NCBI RefSeq assembly: GCF_006345805.1
Contig: NC_042998.1
Span: forward strand, 39,990,001-40,054,000
DNA length: 64,000 nucleotides
Reading direction: 5' to 3'
DNA from: Octopus sinensis
Taxonomy: Eukaryota
The notes under the pieces are model-generated. The model saw nothing but the letters and a program-made list of their open reading frames with translations. It did no database searches and was not told the DNA's origin. Below are positions 1-12,330 of this stretch, in pieces. Numbering within the stretch: the stretch's first letter is position 1; every line of letters starts with the position of its first letter. The position numbers were made by a program, and so were the translations under genes.

Positions 1-2329
1 TCAGTTCCTGTCATTACTGCTGCCATCCTTCCTATCATCATTGCCATTATCTTTTTTACATCTCCCCATCTTGATTTTTGTACATATGTCAATACTATTT
101 TGAAATCATATCAGCTTTTTTTCTTCCACGTTATTATAAGTTAGATGGGTTCATAACACAGCATTACTCTGTGCATACCAAGTAAAGGCCACCTTATCTG
201 AAGTACAATCTAACTCAGGTCCTCACTAATTACTATTTTACAAATTTTTCTCATTTTACCTCTGCAATGGAACATTTCAATAATAACCAATGCCCCTCTT
301 TTGCCTAGCATATTCAATACATTTATATTACATGTTCAGACTATTGTAATCAGCTGCATACTTCAGTCATTTGTTAAATTAACACACATTGACAGACTTC
401 ACTTTTGTTTGTATGCTACCTATGTTATACTGCCATCTAGTATCACACATTTGACATACTCATTTGAACTGCTCTCTATACAATGTAAGAAATTCCAACA
501 GAGATAGCAGTTCTTTAAAAGCTTTCACACACTCAAAACTTAAACTACTGTACTTTCTTTCACTAATTTCACATCTGGTACAATTATATTCTCTAAGTAA
601 CATAAATTATATACCATTTCATGCAAACCATCCAAGAAGTCATAGCCTTCAGTTATTGCTGTTGACAACATCTGGCCAGAATCCTAGTACATGATCTAGT
701 CACTAATTATTTTCCCTGATTACATTACTAAATATAATATTGAGTTTTGCCAATTCCATTCATTAATGAACAAAATCACAGTGAATGTTGGGCTTTTGTA
801 GCAACTGACTATAGCAAACATACAGTGGTTGAGAAGCAAAAGAATCACCTTTGTATACAGGCATCTTCCATGTTATGAAAGTTTTGCACTCCTGAAAATC
901 TTACTACAGGGTGAGGTTCTGTTATATGAAACCCATTTTCCCATTGATTTTCATATTACATAGAAATCAATGGGAAAATATGTTTTGTGTTACAGAACTC
1001 CATGTTAAGGTAAGATATTAGTAAGTACATTGCTCTTGAAATAGTTATAAGGCTTTTGCATAATAGTCAACTGACCTACTTTTTGTTTTTACATTTTTAA
1101 TTAATCTAAGAAAAAATCTGGCAAGAGTAAACAAAAAAATATAAATTTCATAGCAATTAATAACCTGTGTATGAAATATATATATGAAGCATTATTGTTT
1201 CAGCTTTAAATACATAAAAGTTTACATAAAATATATTTCTCTTTAATATAACTGTTGTTTTGTCATTTGATTTTTTTTAAATTTTAGATATTTATATCTG
1301 AATATGTTTGAGAAACTGCATAAATTAGTAAATCATTACAAAATCATCACCTGGGAATCAATCCTTGAACAATTACTTGACTTTTCTGTTTATTGTTACC
1401 AATTACCATATTTTTCACCTGACTGTAAAAGACAAACAGATTACCGGTTTACAAATATAACAAAAACCTACGAAAGTAAGACTATATTCAAATCACAGAT
1501 TTCATCTGTAAAAATAGAGAACCAACACAAATCTATATCATTTAATTTTTATAGTTAAGACATTCTTCTTATCCTAATACACATCATTTGTTGTTCCAGC
1601 ATCCTATGGTCAGCTTTGCTTTTTGTCCTGCTAGAACTGACAAATAAAGTACTTGTCAAGTCTTCAGGTTGATTCCTCTTGTGTCTCTTTCTTGGAATCA
1701 ACTATATCATGCCACTTCTTAAGTATGCAGACCACTCACAACATTCCTTTCTCCAGAGACAGAGAGAAAGATTGAGCAAGGATCTAGCGATCTTTTATAG
1801 AACCATCCAAAGATGACCTTCATGTTCAGTACAGGAAAAAACATTAATAATTACACATTTTATATGACACTTGCATGTCTCACACTGATGCATTAAGTTT
1901 TCATTGTCATTAGATACTCACCACAAAAGCATCTATATACAACTTTGCACTTCCCTGCAGACATCAAATTGAATAGAAACTGCATTAACTTCACCAGCCA
2001 GCAAAAATAATGGCACAGCCTCTTCCACTTGACTAAACCATATAAAAATCTTATTCTGCCTTTCTTTCTTCCATATCTTCATTTTTTTTAAATAAGAAAA
2101 CAGTATCCCACAGAATAATATCTAGCCAAGTATCTCATTTTATAAAATAATTCAAAATGAAGTTCATAGTATTAAGGGGTTCCTTACAGTGAGAATATAA
2201 TTAAATGAAGTTAATATTATGTTATATTCAGTTGAAATTATTTTTTTATATCTAAGTTGGTGGGGGATAGATAGAGAGAAGCAAACAAAAGAAGATCATT
2301 TAAATGGAATTAGAATAAAGAGAACTTAC

Positions 2330-2403
2330 ACAATGGAATCCATCCATCGATCAGAATCATTAGATAACAACACCTCAACAAAACTTTGTGATCCATCTAC
2401 CTC
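2330..2403 (-). CDS. Probable exon 2 of an unidentified minus-strand gene (74 nt)
   Basis: Acceptor ataattttcattttcag and donor gtaagt flank it on the minus strand. Phase-0 reading is open (EVDGSQSFVEVLLSNDSDRWMDSI) and joins the 5392-5409 exon in frame. An internal ATG at 2396 gives an alternative open reading, MDHKVLLRCCYLMILIDGWIPL. Confidence 0.55.
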
Positions 2404-2673
2404 CTGAAAATGAAAATTATTATGTATTTAAATAAAAAAAGAATAATTAATAAATATTTAACAAAATATATGTATTTTAGTTAGGTTTGTCCACTTTTTC
2501 TTATTGGTATGTGAACTAAAATATTTGAGATAATTCCATTTGAAAGTAACGGAATTGGTTCATAACTTCTGTGGAAAATGCTGGTCAGTACCATTTATTC
2601 AACTCTTTATGTTCGTAGTTGTATTTTCACTTTCATATTTCAAAGTATTTAGTCATTTAGGTTTGATTTGTTT

Positions 2674-2891
2674 TGTTGTGTCTGGGGAGAGTCGTTTTCT
2701 TTTTGTGCTTTATAATTTAACACACTCACCGGTAAAATTTGCAACCTTTTCAATAGTCAAGACTATTGAAAAGGTTGCAAGACGCAACGAAAATTTCAGG
2801 AAAATAAAAATAAGAAATAAGTGGAAATTTTACCGGTGAGTGTGTTAAATTATAAGGCACAAAAAGAAAATGACTCGCCCCAGACACAACA
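2674..2891. repeat. Nested inverted repeat: 67-bp outer arms (2674-2740, 2825-2891) and a perfect 20-bp inner hairpin (2739-2780)
   Basis: Outer arms have 3 mismatches in 67 bp. Inner hairpin is ttgcaaccttttcaatagtc-aa-gactattgaaaaggttgcaa. Confidence 0.95.
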
Positions 2892-3630
2892 GAATATGCT
2901 TCAACACACGAACTCACATAAAGAATCTTGCAAACCAAATCCCAAAACGAAATAAATTTGTTTTGTTTTTCCTCGACTAAGTTAATTCAAGTAACAATAT
3001 TTTAGAAACCACCTAAACAAAAGAACCTGAATTTTCCTGTCAAACTTGAAAGGATTACCAATAGCTGAGGAATTGAAAGTGCCAGCTGTTGTAACGGATA
3101 TCACTAACAGCTGATATGCGATAGAAATAAAGTTATATTTGTCAGACGATTTGTTGTTTAGCTCCAGGACAACTTTGATCGAGAAAGACTTGTGATCAAA
3201 GGTGTTCCAGATGTAAACACCTAATCATTTTGCCTATCAGAGACTACATTTTACAATGTATACTTTATTTAAATGGCACGGTGAGTTGAAGAAGAATGGA
3301 CTGTTATTTCTGGTAGGTCGAACAACCATGTTGATCCAGTTATCAGATGCGCAATATATTAACACTGCCACCGAAACGTTTCGAAAGCACTTGAACTAAA
3401 CTTGCGCAAAATCTTACAGATATTAAAATACGTAAACTTCGGTTAGATGAAAAGTATGCGCTAACTGTGAACTAAAATCTACCGAAACAGTCTATCAATT
3501 TTTCCATCTCAGATATGTGTTATCCTCTTCAAACGCCAGAGAAAATTTTACGGATAAACTGAGCATTTAGTTAATTTTAAAAAGTACATTTAATGCATAA
3601 TAGCAGAAAAAATATATATATATATACATA

Positions 3631-3791
3631 GGCGCAGTAGTGGCTGTGTGGTAGGTAACTTGCTTACCAACCACATGGTTCCAGGTTCAGTCCCACTGCG
3701 TGGAACCTTGCGCAAGTGTCTTCTACTATAGCTTTGGGCTGACCAAAGCCTTGTGAGTGGATTTGGTAGACGGAAACTGAAAGAAACCCGT

Positions 3792-3823
<32 letters not shown>

Positions 3824-4030
3824 GTGTGTGTGTGTATGTGTTTGTCCCCCCAACATCGCTTGACAACCGATGCTGGTGTGTTTATGCCCCCGTAACGTAG
3901 CGATTCGGCAAAAGAGACCGGTAGAATAAGTACTAGGCTTACAAAGAATAAGTCCTAGGATCGATTTGCTCGACTAAAGGCGGTGCTCCAGCATGGTCGC
4001 AGACAAATGACTGAAACAAGTAAAAGAGAT
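3631..4030 (+). mobile_element. tRNA-head SINE with internal (TA)n(TG)n tract, body type A
   Basis: tRNA-like head (tggctgtgtggtagg...ggttcagtccc), microsatellite hinge and 3' end gactgaaacaagtaaaaga; homologous copies recur across the window; short atacata duplication at the flanks. Confidence 0.8.
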
Positions 4031-5391
4031 ACATACTGTAGGTAATAACATGGAAATTCCTCAAACAGAATTTCAATTTTTTTTTTTTTTTGCAATTACC
4101 TTTAAGCAAGAAACGATACAAAATAATTATTTCAATAATTTATCGGGGACAAAATTACAAAGATTAATCTGACAAATTTCACTCAAACGATATAAATTAA
4201 GTGGAACTTAATTTTTCAAATGTTGACGCGACATCAAAATGCTTATGTTGATGTTTAAAAATCGGTATTAAGTGCTGGATACAAAGATAGTTACACTATT
4301 ATCAAGACAGAATGAAAATTTTTATGCTTCAGCCTAATTTACTGCACTGAACTTTCGGAATAAATAGCAGTCTAAAGACAATCAAAATGTTGAATTACAA
4401 ATTAAATGGAAGAATTTTTCATACTGTCCAATGTGGAGATCTGAACTATATACATATATGATTATTACTATTATTATTATTATTATTTCGCTTAAGCATA
4501 GCTATATTAATAGCCTGGTGTTAAAATTCAATATACATATGCTTCAGAACAAAGCGTCAGTTGAGTAGAAAGCAGTAAACAAGAAATTAAAATTACATTG
4601 TCATTTTAGTTTCTTATTACTGCTCTGTACACACACACACACTCAATATATATATATTTCATTCTTCTCAAATGCAGAAATGCACGAAGCTTTCAATTTG
4701 TTTACTTTTATCTATATATTTTCTGGATAAATAAAGAAATGTCACAATATCCGTTCCATAATAGTAACTTGAATGAAGTAGGAAAACCGTAACGGTAGTT
4801 TATGAGTGTCTGATGGTCGGTTACCAATATTTGTTCTTTTTTACTATATTTCCCCCCATTAAATCAAAACCCTATATACAATGATCCACTAAAATTTCCA
4901 AACAATGAACTGTAGTTCTTTCTAAAAAAAAATAATAAAAAGTCACCATTATCCTTAATTAATGAAATTGTCCTGAAGTTAGCAGACAACAAATTTCATT
5001 GTTTAGTCTTTTGTTTACAAATGTATGTTAGACTCTAAATCGATCAGATTTACTTCTAAATTTGAAAACTCAAAAATTACAGAAAGAAATGATCGCAAAA
5101 ACTTCCAGTTTAGAAATATTTGATATTGATCTTTGAAATGATTCGCATTACAAAACTATATAAAAAAAACTAAGTCAACGACACAGTTTTTATAATGAGT
5201 TTAACATAGATTGTTTAGAGTGAAACGTTGATATCAATAAATTATACATGTGAGCATAGTTTCAAGGTACAAGACTACTGCTTTCTAAAGAAAGCTGTAA
5301 AATAGGAAATTATTTTTTTCGGAGTGGGGGTCTTTTCGTAAGGGTTTTTTTTTTATGGGAGTGGGAGACGTCAAAAAGGGAAAAGACTTAC

Positions 5392-5409
5392 CATTAAACA
5401 TGAGGACAT
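5392..5409 (-). CDS. Probable first coding segment (MSSCLM) of the same unidentified gene
   Basis: Minus strand reads ctcgccATGTCCTCATGTTTAATG|gtaagt: Kozak-like gccATG, a consensus donor, phase 0 matching the 2403 acceptor, in a CpG-rich region. Confidence 0.5.
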
Positions 5410-5655
5410 GGCGAGTACAGTTCTAGCAACGAGATCTACCTTAGATGAAACAACGAAAATACCCAAAAGGAGACGCGATTAAAAAGACTCTAGTTAGTAC
5501 TGTCGTTAAAAAAAGAAAATTTGGAATTAGCGAATGTTTACTTATATAAAAATATTTATGTCATAATGTAATATCGTTTCATCATTTCGATTACTTTAAT
5601 CTTTTTTCCCCTTCGTTCTCCATATAAAAATGCAAATAGGACCGCACTGAATAAC

Positions 5656-5666
5656 CACTTCCGGAA
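5656..5666. promoter_or_regulatory. Overlapping ETS/GABP-type motifs (CACTTCCGGAA) in the putative promoter
   Basis: CCGGAAGTG on the minus strand overlaps CCGGAA on the plus strand, about 250 bp upstream of the ATG at 5409, in CpG-rich DNA. Confidence 0.3.
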
Positions 5667-7122
5667 AGGAACTTCAGTCAGTTACCGTTAGTTCATACTT
5701 ATATCACAATTATTACCGTATTTAATTTTGTTTATTTCTGGAAATCACATATAATATTTTTATAATCAGTAAAACAAACAAGAAAGCTATCGATCAGTAG
5801 ACTTAAAATGATTTTTGTGAAATTTTCATCGCGACAATTTTGAAATCAGGCAAGAAATGGAAGAGTCCATCGAATGTAAATAGTGTACATCAGAACAATT
5901 TAATCTGTGAATATTGTATTCAAGCTATAATACACATTTTCACAGATGATATAAACTGCGGTACTTGTTTAGGTAGGCACAAGTAGCATGTACTTCACAT
6001 TTTATTTTCTATGCGGATGATAACTGTTATTTTCTCTGGCTTTATTCTATCTCATACCAACAAATGTACTCAGTGTATACAACAATAAAGTCTAATGAGA
6101 TAGAAACACATCCAGAGTTGTCACCGTGTGCTAAAGATCAAATTAACCTTCCTCCTACAGCATTGCTTATTTACAATTTTAATTCAGATTCCGGTGTGAT
6201 ACAAAAAAATATTTGATTTTGAGTTGTTGCCCTTGCTGTAATTTACTTTTTCAGAAATTTTCAAACGTTAGCTGGAAATAGTTTCGATAAATTAAAGTTA
6301 TGGCCTCTTGCACTATATATGTTCTACATTTTGATAGAGCTACTTTCACTGTTGTTTTTACGAGCTTAACTCGCAACGTCACTCCCGCTTAATCAGCTGG
6401 TGTACTACCCAAATATGTAAAACTTGCAGGACCATATGACAAATATGCTTTCCTGTAATGATAAATTTTATCTAATACAAGCTTACTCATTGTTTTTTGA
6501 GGATTTTTTTCAGTGTACCCATTCGTTCTCTTTGATATAAAATTTGTGAAGAATAAATTGTAAAACATTTGGCTTATAGATCCTGAGTCGACACGTCAAT
6601 TTTATTTCATTTAATGCTTTTAGAAGCTGGTGAGTAAGTCAGAAACATCAGAATTTTGTAAGGTGAGAAGTTTCCAAAAAATTGTTTGGCCAGAGAGTTA
6701 TTCATAAACCCCACTTATTCATCTTGCAGATTTTCTGAAACTGATCTGGGATTCAAATCAGTTGATAATTTAATTTACTAACAACAGGAACATAGGAATT
6801 CTAATTCATCTTGTAGCAAAAATTCTTCTGCGTTAACACACTGGCTTCATTGATGTCCTCTGCTTCCAGTAGTGTAAGACTTTTCCTCGGATCCTCAAAA
6901 TTGGCATATTAACCGACCTTCAGTTTTTAGTTCCCCGACTGGAGTTTCATCCAGACAGTGGCATAGAGTATACGCTGCTTGGAACACCTCTTTAGTTTAC
7001 TGTCTCCCTGCCCTCTTTACAGGCTCATCCATCAGACTGAAAAGTGCTTGCCCTGTTCACAAAGTTTATAATGATAAATACGGTACGACTGCAACAACTA
7101 CCGGACGAGATGTCCATGGGCG

Positions 7123-7409
7123 AATTTATTGCTCTATCCCATGTGTTGACGCGAAATGTAGAGGTGATGGCAGCTATTGAAGCTTACGGCATCGATGAAT
7201 AACGAGGAGAAAAAAGCCTACATGGAGCGGCCGCAACCAATTTAGGTCAGTGTCCGCACATGGCATGGGATTGCAGGAAGCCGAAACCCGAATGAATTTT
7301 CTACCAATGCAAGCAAGCAGGACATAGCATCAGCTAGCGCCGACAGAAACAGTCAAAGGGAAACAACTGCCTCGCTAGTTTCCCCCTGCGATCAAGTTGA
7401 GGCGCTCGA
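7123..7409 (+). mobile_element. Decayed LTR-retrotransposon gag fragment (zinc-knuckle region), copy 1
   Basis: Translates HMAWDCRKPKPE*IFYQCKQAGHSIS, a remnant of tandem CCHC knuckles; inverted copy at 7752-8038. Confidence 0.55.
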
Positions 7410-7751
7410 ACACTCACTGCCTATAGGAGGAGCTCGACCTTGCCCTACTAACTGTTGAACACAGCCTGAAAATCCTTGTCTACAATGGTGTATGCAATAC
7501 TGTTCTCTTCAGAGCTCTCCGCACTCACAGCACATATATAACCCTGTTTTGACTAACTGCGACACCTAAATGATCGATTGTATTCATGCCCATCACTACA
7601 TCAACTCTATGGTTGATCACAATTGCAAGCAGCTTTATTTTTGTTTTCTGCATCACCATCTCCACTTCACTGCTACCTCTACATCTAATCTTACTGCTAT
7701 CAACTGCCCTTACACTACTCATCTTGTTCCACTTTTCAGCCACTAAAGTCG

Positions 7752-8038
7752 TCGAGCGCCTCTACTTGCTTGCAGGGGGAAACTAGCGAGGCAGTAGTTC
7801 CCCTTTGACTGTTTCAGTCGGCTCTTGCTGATGCTATGTCCTGCCTGCTTACATTGGTGGCAAATTCATTCGGGTTTCGGTTTCCAGCAATCCCATGCCA
7901 TGTGCGGACACTAACCTAAAATGGTTGCAGCCGCTCCATGGAGGCTTTTTCTCCTCGTTATTCATCGATGCCGTAGGCTTCAATAGCTCCTATCACTTCT
8001 ACATTTCCCGTCAACACATGGACTTGAGCAACAAATCT
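7752..8038 (-). mobile_element. Decayed gag zinc-knuckle fragment, inverted copy 2
   Basis: Reverse complement aligns with 7123-7409 and reads HMAWDCWKPKPE*ICHQCKQAGH (CX2CX4H). Confidence 0.55.
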
Positions 8039-9199
8039 TTTTTGTACCCATTGTATATAAAAAGCAGGGTGTCAGATGATAGTAAGTTGGATAGTAAGGA
8101 TAGCAAACAGAATCTCTTTGATAGATGAATTTACCATACTTTTTATATTATAACATAGCAAATATTCTTTAACAGTATCATCTGGCATTGCAGAATATTC
8201 AGTTTCCTTCCCCCATGTAGCCAAGAATATTTTTGCAGGATAAAATCAAAGATTGAGCAATTGTCATTGGCTTCTTACTTTTCTTGCAATTCTCAGAGCA
8301 ACCATATTGATGGCTCATCACATAACCTCATTTTGTTTGAGACAACTATCCACTCTGCTCAAGTCACATACATTTCAGAGTGCCTTTTGCTCAAAATACA
8401 ATTATTCTGTCAACTTTATCAGGATGTTTAGCCTAAAAATGTTGTTTCAGAGGGTTTGACTTCGTTATTGTTCGATAAAATTTTATAAGACAATACATAG
8501 GAATTTTTGTTTATCCTTTTTTACACTAGTGACATCAAATTTGTTGTGTGGTTCACTGTAAAATCTTGTACAATAGGCTTCCATTATTATTGGAATAAAA
8601 AAAGGAAGTATTTTAGTAATTACTTGGTTAGTGTACAACCTGAATTGAAACATCATTATCCTTTATTAAACTAAAGAAAATGTTACTTTCAACCAAATTT
8701 AATGTCCACTGAAATTGTTTGACAGCACTTGCAAAAAAAATATACAAGAAATTTTCTTGGGAAAGTGAAGCTTGTTAGCCTCTGGCATGAAAAATGACTT
8801 GGTGATGAAGCAATCAATATGAAAAAACTATGAATTAATTAAATGACTATAATACCCAATGATGACACTTGCCCACTGTATTCTAGGGTTACAGAATGCA
8901 TAAGTTGTGTTGTGATCATGTCAAATTTCTAGTCTTTTTCATTGTCAAACAATATAACTGATATTGTATCAGTATTTGATTCTTCTACTGGTCAACTTGT
9001 TTCTTACCATTTGACTATAAAAAAGCCATTGTATTATCTTCTTGATGTCATCAGAATTCATTAATTTTTGAGAGAACATAAAAATTTTTCTTTTTGACAA
9101 TCCATTTTGGATAGAAAACATGAAAGGCTGCTCAATTATCTGTTTAAATACACTATGCATTAATTTCCCTTCAAAGTTCAGAAGTTTTCATTTACAAAG

Positions 9200-9800
9200 A
9201 AAGTTCCACTACAAGTATTAACAACAAACTGTTCACAAAGCCTTTGACTGCATCTAGTACAAGGACCTACCAAAACTGCTTACTTATGGATTTCATCCAT
9301 CTCTTCTGGAAGTTTTCTCTCAGTATTCTCTATCATAATCTGGGCAGTTAATCACCATTCTATCAAATTACCTTCAAGTTTATTTAAGCCTTTCTGTACA
9401 TTAGCAATTTGCTCACCATTTTTTCACACACTCTTCTACAGATGATACCATCTTTACTCCTCCTAAACCTGCACACAAGTGCATTTCTATATGATCAAGG
9501 TACCTCTACCAATCTATGTATTACATCTATAGACAGAGTCCCTAAAAGCATTCTAAAATAGAGTAATATCAAGCTAGTCTCAGTACCAAACCACAGCAAA
9601 CACATGTCAAGAAAATGTTAACAATCTAATGAGGAGCCTCAACAAAGCTGCTAAATTTTATTATGAAGTGTATGGAGAATGTGCAATACCTAAAAATCAA
9701 GTCAGCCTTATCTGGTCTAAACTACCTTAAAATGACCCTAATATTCCACTGCTTCTACTTAAATAGTACACTGCTAAACTACTTCTGTTTGAAAATATAA
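9200..9800 (-). mobile_element. Possible highly decayed CR1-like LINE 3' remnant
   Basis: Only weak peptide echoes of the CR1 ORF2 C-terminus, with many stops. Confidence 0.25.
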
Positions 9801-12159
9801 TTAATTCTTATCAAATATTTCTCTAGAATCTTCAAAATTCCTAAAGGAGATATCTGATATCTATTATTGCTAAGAATATTGTTATAAATTTCAAAGGAAC
9901 TATAGATCCTCAATAAAGATTTCTGATCTCATAAATGGTAAAAAAAAAAAACAGCAGACACTAATATTCTACAATATGTAGTCATAAAGTTCATGCTTGA
10001 TGCCACTATTTTAAAGAGAATTTAGTAAAAATTTACTTGTAAGCTCTTCTGACAGTCAACCATGAGTCCTTTTTGCAGCAACGACTTTAGTGTTTAATAA
10101 CTCTTTTTCTGAAACAAATGTCTCATTTTTTTTATGTAATAAACATGTTCAACCTTTCTACATTCAAACTATAGCACTCTAAAGCTCTCCTCTTTGCACA
10201 CATATTTTCATCAATTTACAAGTTAAATTTACTAGCTCTCAATGTGCACATTCTTTCAAATTTTCCATTTTAAAAAAGCTTATATTGACTGTATACAATT
10301 CTCTCTCATTAGACAAATCAGTCATCATTCAGGTTTGTTTTGAAAGACATTCAATAAAAATAATATTTAAGATCTTAATTTATTATCCAAGCCCATTTAT
10401 CATATTTCTCTGTACCACATATTTCATACATGATATATTATTTCACGTGTTCTTTATTGTCATTTTTCAAATGATTTATTTAAGTGGCTTAGAAGAGATG
10501 TCTCTAACGAAGACCAGAAATTGACATGGTTATGAAGAAAAAAATTATAGAACCTTATATAAAAAGAGTAGCAACTTAGAGGTTTTACTACAACCTTTAA
10601 TATCTTTGAGTGGAATCTAGTAAAGAGAACCAGAATAAAAGCATATTGTACATATTATGTGCATATATGGATAGTTATGAGGTGGGAGGTTATGGACTGA
10701 TGCATGCATGCACACAGCTCTTTGTTGGAAGCATGGTGGTACTATCTAATGTTCTTGATGGTTCTTAGGATTCTGCAAAAGCGATTGATCCATTTGGCTA
10801 AGACTTTCGAGGGGGAGGGGGGCACATTTCTGTTCCATAGAGAATAGAGAGGACCAATGCATTGTATATGCTGGTATGGACATCTCTGTCTCCTGCTAGA
10901 CCTTACCAGGGCTAGGATGCAGAAGGACAGCCAGCAATGGAGAGCATTGGTGGATCTTCTGGTCAGCTCTACAAATAATGACACCTCTGGGACCACTAAC
11001 TTGGGATTACCCCATCAAGTAAGAATGTGAAGCGAAGCCCAGCATGGTCACAGCTTTTTAAGCTGAAACTAGTTAAGAAAAAAATATACATATATATAAA
11101 TCATGTTCTGATCATACTAAGAGATGTTATACACTGCAGATTACAATGTGCTTCCAATTCTCTCTTGATTGCACTTGTCTTTTTCCATCTTGGCCCAAAT
11201 TCTTTAACTAAACCATCTTGCCACCCAATGAATCTAAATATTTGTAGGATACAAGTGCACTTTTTTCTACTATTTGTATGCTCTGAAGTGGCTAGAAATA
11301 TGGAATCTATTCAGTTTCAAAATATCTGAATGAAACTGAATAGATCTGAAATATGAATGGTTGACCTGAGATTTCTGGGATTAAAGTTTTGAATACATAT
11401 TATTACTTTTCTTTGTCTTGTAGAAGGCATTATGCATAATTATGAAATTATGGCATTTTCTCAATATCATGAATATTTTATCCCAATTCACCCCTTTGTA
11501 TAGTGTATACAATTGTCATTTCTTTCATTCTTTTTTAGATATTTTGTTTGATAATTGTGTAGTGCAAGGTTAAAATGAACAGGATAGTAAAACAGGAACG
11601 GGCAACCTTTATCAAGAAGTGGGCTGCAAGAAACATGACGCATCACACGGTCCATAAGCCGCACCACCAAAGAAATTAATGGTAATTTTTCAAAAGGTAT
11701 GCCATTCAGAAAGTCCTGAGAGCTACAGTTTGTTCAGACTATATTAGGAAGTCATGATGACTTACTAGCATGAGTTACTGAAGCAGAATCAAGAAACTAC
11801 ATTAATGTTCAGGTCTGAGCTTACAAAAGGGTCTCTGTGAAGATGAAATTTGTAGTAACTTGTCCTTCTTCCCTGAACCAGCCCATATCCTTGTTCGTAC
11901 ACTGAAGGGCTCAGATTTCAATCCTCCCATAACTTGGATCATCATCCAGGTAGAACTGGTATAGATTAAATTCAGTTAGGCAACCAAACTTTCAGAGAAC
12001 CTACAGAAGTTACATTTACTGTATCATAAATTCTTGATAAATTCACAAATTCCTAAGAGTACTCCCTACATGTGAAGCTGCCTAGCACCAAGGTGTCTGC
12101 TGTGCCATTGTGCTCTGATTTTGAGAGTAAATAAATGAGTTTCCATAGTTTATTTAGCT

Positions 12160-12330
12160 TGGCATTTCATCGTTATCATTTAACGTTCGTTCTCCATGAT
12201 GGCAGTTCAGGTTCCATGTCTGTTTTGATATGGTTTCTATGGCTGGACGTCCTTCCTAATGCCAACCACTTTATGCTGTACAGGGTGCTTTTACAAAACA
12301 CTGACACAGGTGCTTCTTACGTGACACCAG
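12160..12330 (-). mobile_element. Short element carrying the RTE 3' tail
   Basis: Reverse complement contains ggcattaggaaggacgtccagcc...catggagaacgaacgttaaatgataacgatga, matching the RTE 3' end at 49195-49330. Confidence 0.65.

Noticed and set aside
930-985. Short inverted repeat ttttcccattgattt / aaatcaatgggaaaa
   Set aside because: Resembles the internal palindrome of a decayed Tigger-type MITE; too short to interpret.
3631-3710. tRNA-like heads considered as tRNA genes (also 20177, 29612, 44263)
   Set aside because: They continue into SINE bodies and lack a complete cloverleaf.
6618-6640. Possible plus-strand microexon (ttttag|AAGCTG|gtgagt); a similar one lies near 30315
   Set aside because: Such signals arise by chance in AT-rich DNA and no partner exons were found.
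10742-10996. 84-aa minus-strand ORF faintly like a DIRS tyrosine-recombinase segment (PSKVLAKWINR)
   Set aside because: No catalytic R-H-R-Y motif was recognisable; similarity too weak.
11305-11345. Perfect 15-bp stem with an 11-nt loop
   Set aside because: Stem is too short for a pre-miRNA and does not extend.
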